From Spongospora subterranea f. sp. subterranea (lineage: Eukaryota): a stretch of 64,000 nucleotides of DNA. This document shows, one piece after another, positions 53,041-64,000 of this stretch; positions within the stretch are counted from its first letter, which is position 1, and every line of letters begins with the position of its first letter. Below the pieces are notes generated by a model, which saw only the letters and a list, made by a program, of their open reading frames with translations, had not been told where the DNA came from and did no database searches. A program made the position numbers and the translations under genes. The DNA lies in contig JAUGWO010000045.1 in assembly GCA_049724395.1 (NCBI GenBank), forward strand, positions 124,001 to 188,000, given 5' to 3'.

Positions 53041-53900
53041 ATGAGCGTTGATTCGAACAATCGGAGAAGGGCGGTCATCGATGCGATGATCGGAATCGCG
53101 CGATTTGTTGGACTATGTCGAGACATTGTTTTCCATTGTGCTATAGCAGCAGAAATGTTAGAGGAAGGTTGCGTTGGTTAAAATTTTTGGATGCGTTGGT
53201 GAAGCCAATTCGAATATTATCAATTCGCGTCAAGGGTTGCTGTGCTACTTCGTCAACCAGGGGTATCATATCGATAGATGAATTCGGGAATCAAGATGTT
53301 TCATCATCGGACTGACTTTGCAAATGCACCACAAAAGATCGGCGTTTACCAATACGATATCCTTCCGTCGATTCGGCGATTCCGATGACTGCATTCGATA
53401 AGTGCCCGTCTGTCGATCTCATTGACACACACCGACTGGCCCGTTGTCGCTCCCGAAGAATTCTTGGCAGAGGGCTCACCAAACAGGGCGATAGACTTTA
53501 CCTGGGGATCCAACCACACTCCATGTGGCCACGTTCTCGGCGATCGAATCGGTGCCACCAGTGAACGAATCTGATGCCCTAGAGGCAATCGAACCCGAAT
53601 CTGATATGGTAATTGGTTACGACCAGATTTTCGGTTTCGTCGAGGTAGAGGTAATTCAATCAAGTCCCGACCGCCAACCCAACCTGAGTGTCACAAATTG
53701 TCTTTGTACAACGTTTAGTTCAGGTCGGATAAACCTTGTTGCAATATGCAGTATTGGGGTTCGATCCCGTTTATTTCCGTACAAACCACCCGTCTGCGTT
53801 GTTCACGATTCAGGCCAACGGCTGACTTACCCCGATTGTCGCGAGCTCAGCAAGGAGCAAGCACGCCGGGTCCACCTGCCCGTGGTCCATGGCGATACTA
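53041..53900 (+). CDS. Possible hypothetical multi-exon gene
   Basis: ATG at 53041 followed by several short ORF segments and intron-like stretches. The structure could not be resolved. Confidence 0.25.
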
Positions 53901-55065
53901 TTGACCTATATTCGATGGCGACCCGTCCGCGACTCGAGGACACCCGAAGACGCCATCATCGGATATGGTGAATTCCGCTGTGCCATCGGGCGTGGATGAA
54001 CTTCCGATAATGTGCATGAACCGGCGAGGTGGCGAATTCCTGTCTGTAGAATTGTTGTCAGTAAACACTGGGGGAGGGCTGTGATTTCGATCGAACCGCG
54101 AATAGTGATCAACCGTTGCGATATTCCGATCGTCCACGCCAGACCTAACGCTGGATGGACACATCGCCCTGAACTGATGAACGATAATTGGCCCCTGTCG
54201 TTGAAGGCAATCGGCAGGGCCCTCTGCGATGTCGTGGCGTCGAACACGTCTCTGATGTGATTGACGGTGACGATGTGGACCTGGTGCCTGAGCGACAGCG
54301 CGTGAAGATGTTGGGATAGGGCCAGCAGGTGATTGCACTTGGTTCGATCATCGTCGCCGGGGGAGAACAGCGCCGCGATACTGTCGATGATGATCACACG
54401 AATGGGAATCGACGATATTGTCGACAGAAGGTTGGGAATCGATGAAAACAGCAGTTGATCTAGCTCATCGATCGTATTGACTAGACACCAATCAATAAAT
54501 CGTCACCGGTTTCGGGTGTGGCGCGCGTTTGACCTGTTTTCACCAAAATGTTATCCAAGAACGGCCATTGGTTCATCCACGAATATCGCCTGACGAGTGC
54601 CGACGCCATCGCGTTCAGCCTCGCTGTTGCCACCTATCAAGTGACAATCGTAAAACGCCAAAAAAAAATCCAGATTCCTAGACTGTACGTGGCCTTCGGT
54701 GCTCAGATAGATCCCTCGACCATCGAGACCCTTCATCTCCTTCGGTCTGGGGCAGATCAGCACAAGCAATACATCAGCCAGACATGGACGACAACAGTCG
54801 CTGAAAACTGACAACTGTACATGAAGCAGAAGCTGAAGAGCGATCTGGCTCTTTCCCGTACCAGCTTCCCCACAGATCTACCATCGATTAGAGCGCCAAC
54901 CCGGTGCCCAAGTTTCCATCGGGGCCTGACCTCGGTTAGCCCTGGACTGATTCCGCCATCAAGCAGGTCGTCCAATATTCTGCACCCTACCGAGAGCTTC
55001 GGAATCGGTTGGGCCAGAAGCGAACGACAGTCGATCGGCAAAGGGTCATCAACCGACATTGCCAT
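53898..55065 (-). CDS. XRCC3: RAD51 paralogue, XRCC3-like
   Basis: LSVGCRILDDLLDGGI, Walker A GEAGTGKSQIALQL, IYLSTEG, Walker B IIIDSIAALF and PALGLAW. Confidence 0.88.
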
Positions 55066-55252
55066 TGGAATTGCGCGGGCTGTTCTACCAGATGTATATT
55101 TGGCGCAAAGTTCAGCGCCATGAACCAATAATCGATGGGTTCCCTGGATATATCTACGAGGTCCGAATGACGAGGAGTATACGAAAAACGAAATTGAGCA
55201 GGTATTTTAATAACAGATCTTAATTCGGGAAAATATGGATCTGCCAGAGGAT

Positions 55253-55998
55253 TTACTTTTTTTTCTTTTTGGCGTCGCTGCCGGTCGTTGACTGCTCGCA
55301 GAATTGGTTCAGCGAAAGCAGTGTCGCGCGGTCAATCTTGTCGACTTCGATCTCGAGATCCTCTTCGTCCTCCTCGTTCAGCGCGTCCGGGCACGCCTTC
55401 GAGAGATCATATCGACCACTTTGCCGATTTGCGACGCCGTCAGCTGATTGATGAGTGTGGCGAACTTGACCTTGTCAGCCTGTGTAACTTGCTTCACAAC
55501 CGATGGCGTCGTTGCCTTCTTCTTCTTCTGGCCCGCTGAGGGTGTTGGGGCGGCGGGCGCCTCTGAGGCGGCCGGGGATCCATTCTCGGTAGGTTTCTTG
55601 ACTACCACTTTCTGCATCCGACGGTCAAATAGTTTAGAGAGCGCATCGGCCGCTACGTAAATCCCCGACCCTGGTTGATTGTATTTTTTAGCGTTGTCCC
55701 AGACCCTCCGGACATCGGCTGCGAAGTCGTTTTCGGTCTCGTATTTCCCGTCTTCTAGCTTTGCTTTGACGGTCCCTAGGTCCATGGGCACTTTGATCAC
55801 CTCTGGATAGTCGGGGATGCCAAGCTCCTCCCAATCCACTGGGTCCAGGAAAGGCTCCGCATCCGGTTTGCTGGCGATAAATTTCAATATCGGCATGCAC
55901 GTCTTGACGAGATCGCTTTCAACCGTGGAACCGCCGCCGCCCCCTCCTTCCGACATTTTCCGCTTCTTGTTTTGTCCTGAACCCCCAACTGCACTCAT
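55253..55998 (-). CDS. Bromodomain plus extra-terminal (ET) domain protein (BET/GTE-like); frameshifted at 55401-55406
   Basis: Bromodomain PFLDPVD...PDYPEVIKVPMDLGTV...NAKKYN. The ET domain continues in a shifted frame as KACPDAL...EIEVDKID...KKKKK*. Confidence 0.9.
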
Positions 55999-57240
55999 GG
56001 TGAAATGTCGATGAGGGGGCGTCTGATTTGCCGCAGATGGTCAATTATGAAGCCGATAGCGATCTTATGTATCCGGTCGGTGCCCGAGAGTCTCGATCCG
56101 CCCACGTGTCGGTCACCAAGCGCCCAGGGTATGTTACAAATAGTCCGCTGACCTCTAATCCCCTGGATACATTGCCCACAGTATGGCGAAAAACTGCGCT
56201 GCGTGAGGTGGGGGGCTGAGCTGTCGGTGTAGGGCGTTGTGGGCCTGGGCAGCATGCCATGCCATGGCGTTATGGCCCCTCATCGCATGATGAATCCCCT
56301 GCGTCGATCGACCGCCCCATGTTGATATTATGACTTTGATGGCGTTTTGTAAAAAGTATTCATATACAATAGTTGTTATGCCAATGGGTGGGTGCATGTG
56401 CAAGTGTGCTATATATTAGGAGCCCTCTGTATACTAAAGAGTTCTTGATCCAAATATCAGATCGTTACGCAATGACAACTACAAAGCTGTAGCTTTTGGT
56501 GGGTCCTGTGGTCCCACTTCAGTCTTCTTAATCATTATGGGGCCGGTCCCGATGAAATGAGAGGTCACAACATCACTCGTAATACACATCAAACGCTGTG
56601 CCCGGCATAAGTCGTGACCGCATGCAAAATGTCCAGTTCATAAATGAGCAATTGGAGTCCTCTTTCCGTCTTAAAATAAAGGGCAATACGTTGCTCACAG
56701 TGGGAATCCTGTTATAATAGGATGGGTGGTCCGAGCGCAAGATGTTTCCGTTCGGGTCAGCCGTGATTGCGGCGGCACTGCCTTTATAATTGAACCGAAA
56801 GGTTGTTTGAGGGCAAGAACAGGTCGAGTTGTACAGTGATAGTGTTTGCTCAGCGCCATGATGTCATGGCTAATCCGCATCAACGTACTCGTTGGCCGGG
56901 TCTCAAAGTTAGTATGGGATAGCAATGCTGATGGTGGCACATAGATGTATATGTGAACTGTCGTGAATTGAACCAAATCGCCTCATTCTGGACGCTCATT
57001 GGTACCAGGTTCATCCTCCTTAAAACCCAAATCATCTCCAGCATGAGAAGATATCGAGCTAAAATTACCTCCAAAACTCGTGCTGGTGATTATTGCTGAT
57101 CATGTCTCTAAACTGCCAGATTCGTCGATATTATTGCCTCCGACAGAATTCGGATTGAGCTTGTTCACCAGGTACATCAGCCAATCATCATACGGCGACT
57201 GCCTCCAGGCACCTGCAAACGCTAGTTCTCCCTCGGCGTC

Positions 57241-57615
57241 TTGCCAGGCGTAACGCGTCGTGAACTAATTGCTGTTCCTTGATGCCGACCCGCTGGTATT
57301 CTGGGTTTCGACTCCATGACAGCTATTGGCTGGCTTGAATTGCTACTGCTGCCAATCGGCTGCTAAGGTTCTCCTCGTTAGCCTCCACCCTAGTTACCAT
57401 TCCTCGGTTCTAGTGTACAACTGTTAACACGTAGGAAAGAGGAGAACATTATAAGCCGATTGGTGGCAGTAGCAATTCAAGCCAGCCTAGCTGTCATGGA
57501 GTCGAAACCCAGAATACCAGCGGGCAGAATCAAGGAACCAATCGAAGACTTTCTCCTCACAGTGCGGGTCGCCACATCCCTACAGCAATTAGTTCACGAC
57601 GCGTTACGCTGGTAG
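57241..57615 (+). repeat. Long imperfect inverted repeat / hairpin-RNA candidate
   Basis: 57241-57376 is nearly the reverse complement of 57439-57615, which carries an insert of about 44 nt. Confidence 0.9.
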
Positions 57616-57838
57616 TGCAGCGATCGCGTGGACAGGCAATGGCCTCGTTTATCAGCCAGCTAGCGCGTCCAACTTTCAATAACATAACTGTCAGATGTTT
57701 TCTTCACAAGATATTGAGCGATAATTTCCCCACTAATCCATGTTCAATCTTGATTCGATATATGACGACACCCTGGCGATTTCTCGCTCGTCACATCGCC
57801 ATGTCACTTGACCTCACTCTGTTTTACCATCTATCTGT

Positions 57839-58683
57839 ATGGATTCATCGACCAGTAAAATATCCCTAAGCGCCTCGGCTGCATCGCACGTCGATGCCTA
57901 CTTCGAGTATCGAACAGTCGTGGGTGGTGCGGATAATGGAAAACTATTCACACAGGCAGAATACGACGATTTTAAAGAGCAAACAGCGAAATCTGTCCGA
58001 TTATATACGTCTTGGAGGCCATTAGACGACCCATCGTTTGAATGTCGTTTAATTGGACCCGAATCTCGATGTATTTCACCGACCTACTGTTCTGGCGATT
58101 TATGTAAGTATAGCTGTTGATTTTCCCTATGCATAGGCTTCTGTAGCCATCGGTTCAAAGATCATCGTCATTTCGACGACGCCACATCGGGCCCTCCCTG
58201 CCGCCTTTCGACATGTCGATGTGCGGCGTTTGTGTATATTCCGATTCGGGGAACGCAGGACCTCAAATGCCATTGCAAACATTCCTATACTGAGCACTCG
58301 AGTGGTCACCAAAAGTGCCAGAGAGCACTGTGCCCATGTAGCCATTTCAAATCGAGGTCATACTGCATCGTACCGTCCCACTTCAGAGAACACAATCGCT
58401 AAAATCTGGCCATAGTTATCCTTGTGCCTGTGGAAGGACGTTCCAACAACACATCACCACATTCCAGACACGCGAACAACGATTGCACGAAGGATTACCG
58501 GTGGATAACCTGTCCGGCTCCAATAATAGTCTGGCTAGCGCTGGTGGAATCACCTCGTTTATGTCTCTACTGGACGGTATCAGCCGACCGTCGAACCCTC
58601 AATCCATTTTCCCAACCCGAGACCCCATACCATGTTCGCCTACCCGTTCCATATCGCGTCCGCGACGAGTGAACAAACGCTAG
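57839..58683 (+). CDS. FAM221 (DUF4475) family protein
   Basis: HVDAYFEYRTVVG.ADNGKLFT..EY, CRLIGPESRCFCSHRFKDH, CHCKHS..EH, CACG and GGITSFMSLLDG. Confidence 0.85.
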
Positions 58684-58781
58684 GGTATAAATAAATATCG
58701 ATTAAACCCATGATTGTCGGTACATTTGTTGTACGAGTGATTATTGATATAAGGACACGCGCCTTTGTTTTCGTGAGAATC

Positions 58782-61285
58782 ATGTCGTCGGTTGAAGTTG
58801 CTCCAGGGCGTGTTCAGGCATTGCAAATATTTTTTGAAAATCTCATCTGTCGTGGATACGGTTCAACCAAGTTCGGTGCTCTCAAATTAGATAGTCGCCG
58901 GCCTGACAATGCCGCCCCGACATCGATATTAGTTAAGCAGAGAAAGCAAGCGTTCTTGAATGCTATTCATTCGTCGACGGCGCCATCGTTTTCGAGTCTT
59001 CAAGGGATGAAGTCCACCGAAGCATCTAGAGGAACGACTGTCGCCTCGCATCAATCGTTATTGAAAGGGTCAGAGAATCTATCCCATTCCCTGTTCGTTG
59101 GCGCCGCGAACAACGGGGACGTTGCTGCTCGTGGAAACGTGGTCGACTATTCCGCACAGAAAAACCATTCCCAGCTGTTGTGTTCTACTTTCAGCAATGC
59201 TTTTATCGCAGTGAAGGCCGACACAAGATTAGAGGCAGTCGAATCAATCGTCATTGTTGACGACGCCTTCGTAACGGCAGATACCAATGGAATGAAAGCG
59301 GAGGAGCTTGATCTCCAATTCTCGTCCAACGAGAACCTGAGCATTTGTGAAGAAGTGGAAAAAAACAGTGTCTCAGACGCCGTCCTGGTCAAAGCGGGTG
59401 CTCAAAGTCCTTCAAAAATTGCTGAGACCACGGCCGAACCAGATCCTTTCTCCAACGACAACGACTTCGCCCTGTTTAAAGCCAGAATTATCCAGGATTT
59501 TGTGAAGCAGGGAGTTGCAGAATTACATGCCTTCAAAGGAGATGTTGTGTCAGCGGTAATACTGCACGATTGTGGTTCGATGCAGCAATGAACCTTCTGT
59601 TTTTTAGTACGAAGTGAACGATGATGGTTGGTGCTTGATCAAGAACGGGGACGATTTCGGTTGGATTCCGCAGTCGTTCCTTGAGATGGTAAATGACGAC
59701 TCACCCAACGTGGGCACGCCCGCAAAGCGCGAGATTGACTTCCGGTATTGCATTCCGAGGCCAGAAGATCGTCAAGCGGTGATGAAGTTCATTGAGGAAT
59801 CGAGTCTTATTCAGCGAGGCCCGGGCTCATGGTCGCGTTGAAGTTTTCACAGATATGATTGATCAGATCCTACGTGGTGGCCGCACCCTAACAGGATCGT
59901 TGACGACCCTTTTAGAGCTGGATAGGAACAAGCGAAACTTCCCCAATATGCAGGCGTTGGTCGTGAGTGTTCAACAGCTTCGCAACAACTGGGATGCATT
60001 GGAAGATGAGTGCCGAGAGTTCCTGCGACAGGGAGCGGCATTGCTGTTCGCCAACCCAGCAACTACTCTGGATCCCTATCAGATATCACAATTAGTAACA
60101 GGGACAACGTGCGGATCTGAAATCATCGACCGCCTTCGCGAAGAAATCGACCTGGTCCATACTGGCAAACCATGCAATGGGTTTGATGAGCTGATGGCCG
60201 TTATCAGTGCCAGACAACGAAGTCGTTCAAAAGCCCGGCAGGTGAAACTCCAAGCAGAATGTCAAGCTGTATTTTTGGCGCTTCGTTTGCCAAATCTGCA
60301 GTTGTTTTCTGGGTTTCTTGATCTTAGGCCAAATCCTGTTTTTCAGCTTCTGTGCAATGGCATGACGGCGGACAATATCATCGCCACATTGGAATCGCTC
60401 GCCGCTGATCAACAGACGTTTAGCGATTTGGAATCGATGATGATCGCAGTGTTCAAACGAGGAACAGGCCGTGATCCAAGCATACTGTGTATGGGGCAAG
60501 GAAGCCCATTGGCTCGATTCTCCAGCGTGGAAGATGACGATGAAGAACAAAAGCTGAACGGGCTACCAGCGCAGCAGGCACTACAATATAAGGCGAAAGC
60601 TATCATGACTGCATTATCTAACCCATCTATCCGGCTATTCTCCTCTGTTGATAGCAACATCAGTATCAAGATCAGCGACATCAGCGCCTTGATTCAAGAA
60701 AACCCATCTCTGTCCTCCATCATCTGCAACATTGGTCTTCTGAACGCCCAGGGACGTGACCTGTTGACCTTCGCAGAACTCATTTCTTTGCAAAAAGACC
60801 CTTCTCTGATGGCTGCTAAGCAAGAGATTATCGACTTGATTCAGCAGAACGTCAGCGCTATTTTCCGTCATGCTAGTGACGCCCAGAATATGGATATTGC
60901 TACGATAGAGCGGTTAATGAACGCGACCCACACACATGGCACGATCAAGCGTATTCTGGGTATAGTCATCGCCGACGACGGAAAGAACTATGAGTCACTC
61001 ACTGAATTGTCTGCGGCAATCGCTTCAATTCATATTGAGCAAGAGAAGCAACGAGAAGAAGAGACGCCGCGTATTGTTGCATGGTTTCAATCACATGCGA
61101 TCTTTACGATAGAAGTTGAGCTATTTGATTCTACAATAGACCATCTGGTAGAATTGGCCAATGGGGCTCAGCGGTTACTGCAACTACTGCAGAGTTATGA
61201 AGAACATGCAGTGTTATTTGACAGCCTTGAAGGCCTTGAAGAATCAATTCTTTCAAACATCATGCCAAATAAACAACTGATATAG
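58782..61285 (+). CDS. SH3-domain protein with about six degenerate ~70-aa helical repeats
   Basis: Spliced SH3 ARIIQDF....AELHAFKGDVV...DDGWCLIKNGDDFGWIPQSFLE, then a 497-aa ORF. Probable +1 indel near 59807. Confidence 0.7.
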
Positions 61286-61312
61286 ATATTTCACCTGATA
61301 GTCTTAAGGTCA

Positions 61313-61688
61313 TTATGGCCAGATGTGTTTGTGCTTAAGACTCAATGGTTTCACCTGAACCCTGACGCCAACGGTTGGGTTGTCGGTGGCTTGCAGAGAA
61401 GAGATGAAATAGTCGATTGAAAACTGACGATTCTCGATAAGATGCTCCAACTTTATCAACCTGTTGCGAAACGGAGTTGACCAATCGACAGAGTTTGGCA
61501 TCCTGCCGGGCATGATGACAGTTGCTGAATGTTTATCTGAAATTATCCCAACACCAATTCTGCTGGAGCCTGCGTTTTCATAATGGCCGATTAATCTCAG
61601 CAGCTCGGTGAGTTATTCAGATACGTACCGGGTGTTCTGGACTTCTGTATCGTCTTCATAACCGCTGATATGGCGAGCCATCAACATG
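61313..61688 (-). CDS. Possible small hypothetical protein
   Basis: ATG near 61688, an intron-like GTACGT...GCAG segment and a 66-aa terminal ORF. The frame is unresolved. Confidence 0.25.
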
Positions 61689-62130
61689 TGGCGCCCGAGG
61701 ACCGAGCCCGGTTGACTCTCTAGCGGATCGAAGTCCGTTCAGAACCAATCCGAATTGCAATCAATGAACGGTCGAAGGACAATGCGAAGCGTTATGTGTC
61801 CGCCCTGACGGTGATAAAGGGGGTCAAAAAAAAATCCCACTTGACGGCTACAACAGTGAAGAAATTGTTGTCAACTGGTGTGTCCCTTCCCTCTTCCACA
61901 GCTGAACTCATTGAGCGTGTCCGCCCAGCCAGATGCAGTGATCAGGAAGTGGTTGCGTAGCCCCTGCAACTAGCGAAGCCAAGTAGTTTCGAGTGCCCCC
62001 GACCCATACCGGCCTTACTCAGCAATCCACCTGGTGTACTATGTTTCACCGGTTTTCCCCGTTCTCAAATCTCCAATCACAGCGAGCAGCCTTCATAGTA
62101 TAAAATTACTGCTAAACCATTGATACTCGC

Positions 62131-64000
62131 ATGTCGTCCCCGCGAAATTCGCGGCATCATCGGCCGCAGCAGCATCGGTCTCGCTCACAGCCCAGGGCGG
62201 TATCGGCTCGGAGCCTGCCATCAACCATTGAGGACAACTCACTCTTTTCCACTCAAAATAGTCAGGGTTTGTTAGACGCAAGAAACAGGACTGGAACGAA
62301 GATGCCCTCAACAATTTTACGTACCGATATGGCTGCGGTTGCATCACGATTAGAGAAAGCGAATTGGACATCATCATCGACAGCTGCTTTTACCTCAAGA
62401 ATGCCTCCTTATATTGGTGGCAGTTTGGAGCAAAAGCAACACGCTAGGGTCCGCTATAAGGTCGATGTCCTGCCAAACTTGCCGCCAACAGAAGTATTCT
62501 CTGAGAGTCCAGTTATCAAGAGGGGCCCTGCTACTTCATTAGTGAAAGTCGACCCAAAAAACCGCGTTTACAGAAAGGATTAGTAGAGACATCGCTATCC
62601 AGGTGGAAGAGCCTCCAAAAACGCACGATTCTCCGAAAAAGCCAGACCCTCCCGACTTCCGCAATGCGTCGTTCAATGATGATCTCGGTGTATGGTCTGG
62701 CGGTAATGTACTCCAAGCAAGAATGGAGGTTAAGGATATTTTAAGTGTAACAACGAAGATCCAAGATGACAAGACGAAATCGCTCTTACATCATACGAGA
62801 ATTGACAGTGATTGCGCGGAGAATATCTTTCTGAACTTTATTCCTCAATGTTTGCTGAATGAGAAGCCAATTCAAATAGTTCTTACACTGACTGTAAGTG
62901 ATGAACCGGCAAATTGGATGAAGAAAACGTTGGAGAAACTTTCAAAGTCTTTGAGTTCTCTTGTGGGCGAAAACTTTCTGTCTTTGAGCTTGGATAACTT
63001 CATTCTGCTCATTAAGTTTGAGAATCTGCCACCTCCTGAAGCAGTATGGCTGTTGGACGCCTTAGGAATGCTCCGTCCTAAATGTTTCGACATCAAACCT
63101 AACGCCCTAGCTCATATATTTGAACGAACAGACTACACCGGATCAACCGATATCCTGCAAACGTTTGTTTTCGTACGTTCTTCTCCGCACTGTCAAGTGG
63201 ATCCATTGGACATGCTGACCAAACGACTCTGCCCCAATTTTGTTATTTCTGTCCCAAATGGAACCCTTGTTCACAAGGATGTCCTCATTCGTTTAATATC
63301 AGCCTTGCAGTTCAATAGCAGTTTAGATGCTGCAGTGTCACCCACCTGCCCAATATCTGTCAGCGGGTCACTGATGACAACGCCGATGACCGGTTCACAT
63401 ATTTTTGGGTACGGCGTTGCTGATGAATTGGTCGATTCCGGTTGCCGTAAACATATTCGTCCACATTATTCCAAACTAGCTATTGTAAGAGTCGTTCGTC
63501 AGTCGCCGTGTTTTTGGCGAACATCATGTGTGAATGAAGTGGCTACCGCACTCCAAAATCCGCGAAGCGCAGAAGAGGTGCTCTCGAGTGAAAGAAATGC
63601 TAAGGCCCGGCAATGGGCGAGCATATACTCTCGATGGAGGCATTTTGCTCCTGACGAGCTTGTTATCCTGGTCATGCTAACTATTGAAAGTTTACTCTGG
63701 ATGTTCAACCTCACCGTGTTTGCTGCATGTATCCGCGTGGCGACGATTTCTAGATCGCAACTTGACATTTTTCTCTTTCAAGTTATATTCCTTTCTCTTT
63801 GTGGAATGCAAGTACCTCTCGTTATATCGCCTTCTCGTTTTTCATTTGGAAAATCGTGTTTACTGGCCACCATGTTGATCACCCCAACCGTTGTTTCGGT
63901 CCTTATAATCCATTACATTCTCGGTCGCGGTGACTTGATTGCACCTATCAGCACATTGCTCGAATCTGGGGATATCTTTACATTCACTCAGGAAAGTGGC
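62131..64000 (+). CDS. Degenerate chitin-synthase-like membrane protein; runs off the window end
   Basis: An open frame from about 62577 to 64000 is absent from the ORF track because it has no stop. Segments align by eye with the fungal class I-III-type CHS core and are followed by hydrophobic helices. It joins ORF 62131 through a +1 indel. Confidence 0.6.

Noticed and set aside
57539..57582. Hairpin bulge as a spliceosomal intron
   Set aside because: It lacks GT...AG ends on either strand.
61313..61688. BRICK1/HSPC300-like identity for the small minus-strand ORF
   Set aside because: The resemblance is vague and would require assuming an additional indel.

Overview
Gene-dense eukaryotic nuclear DNA with about 30 genes on both strands, many short (about 40-65 nt) GT-AG introns and very short intergenic gaps. 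A flagellar gene (CCDC113), a chitin-synthase-like gene and a secreted LPMO-like gene suggest a flagellated, chitin-forming protist such as a plasmodiophorid; this is inference. Housekeeping genes include POLK, two tandem beta-carbonic anhydrases, MOCS3/UBA4, RPC8, RIT1, a Ca-binding mitochondrial carrier, IMPase, Twinkle, RRP7, PIKfyve/FAB1, Arc1/AIMP1-like, GID8, CCT3, MPP-beta, PP2C, PrpD, dymeclin, NF-YC, XRCC3, a bromodomain-ET protein and FAM221. The most notable observations are: (1) a 375-nt intergenic fold-back at 57241-57615 whose transition mismatches form G-U pairs only on the + strand; (2) a spliced His-brace LPMO-like secreted protein fused to a long acidic minisatellite tail; (3) a chitin-synthase-like protein that appears to lack its catalytic motifs; (4) a secreted protein with mirror-symmetric Cys spacing around an N-glycosylation repeat; (5) an SH3 protein with an unrecognised ~70-aa helical repeat; (6) about 9 genes broken by 1-2 nt insertions, most likely assembly errors. 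All family calls come from motif recognition by eye, and exon boundaries are approximate.
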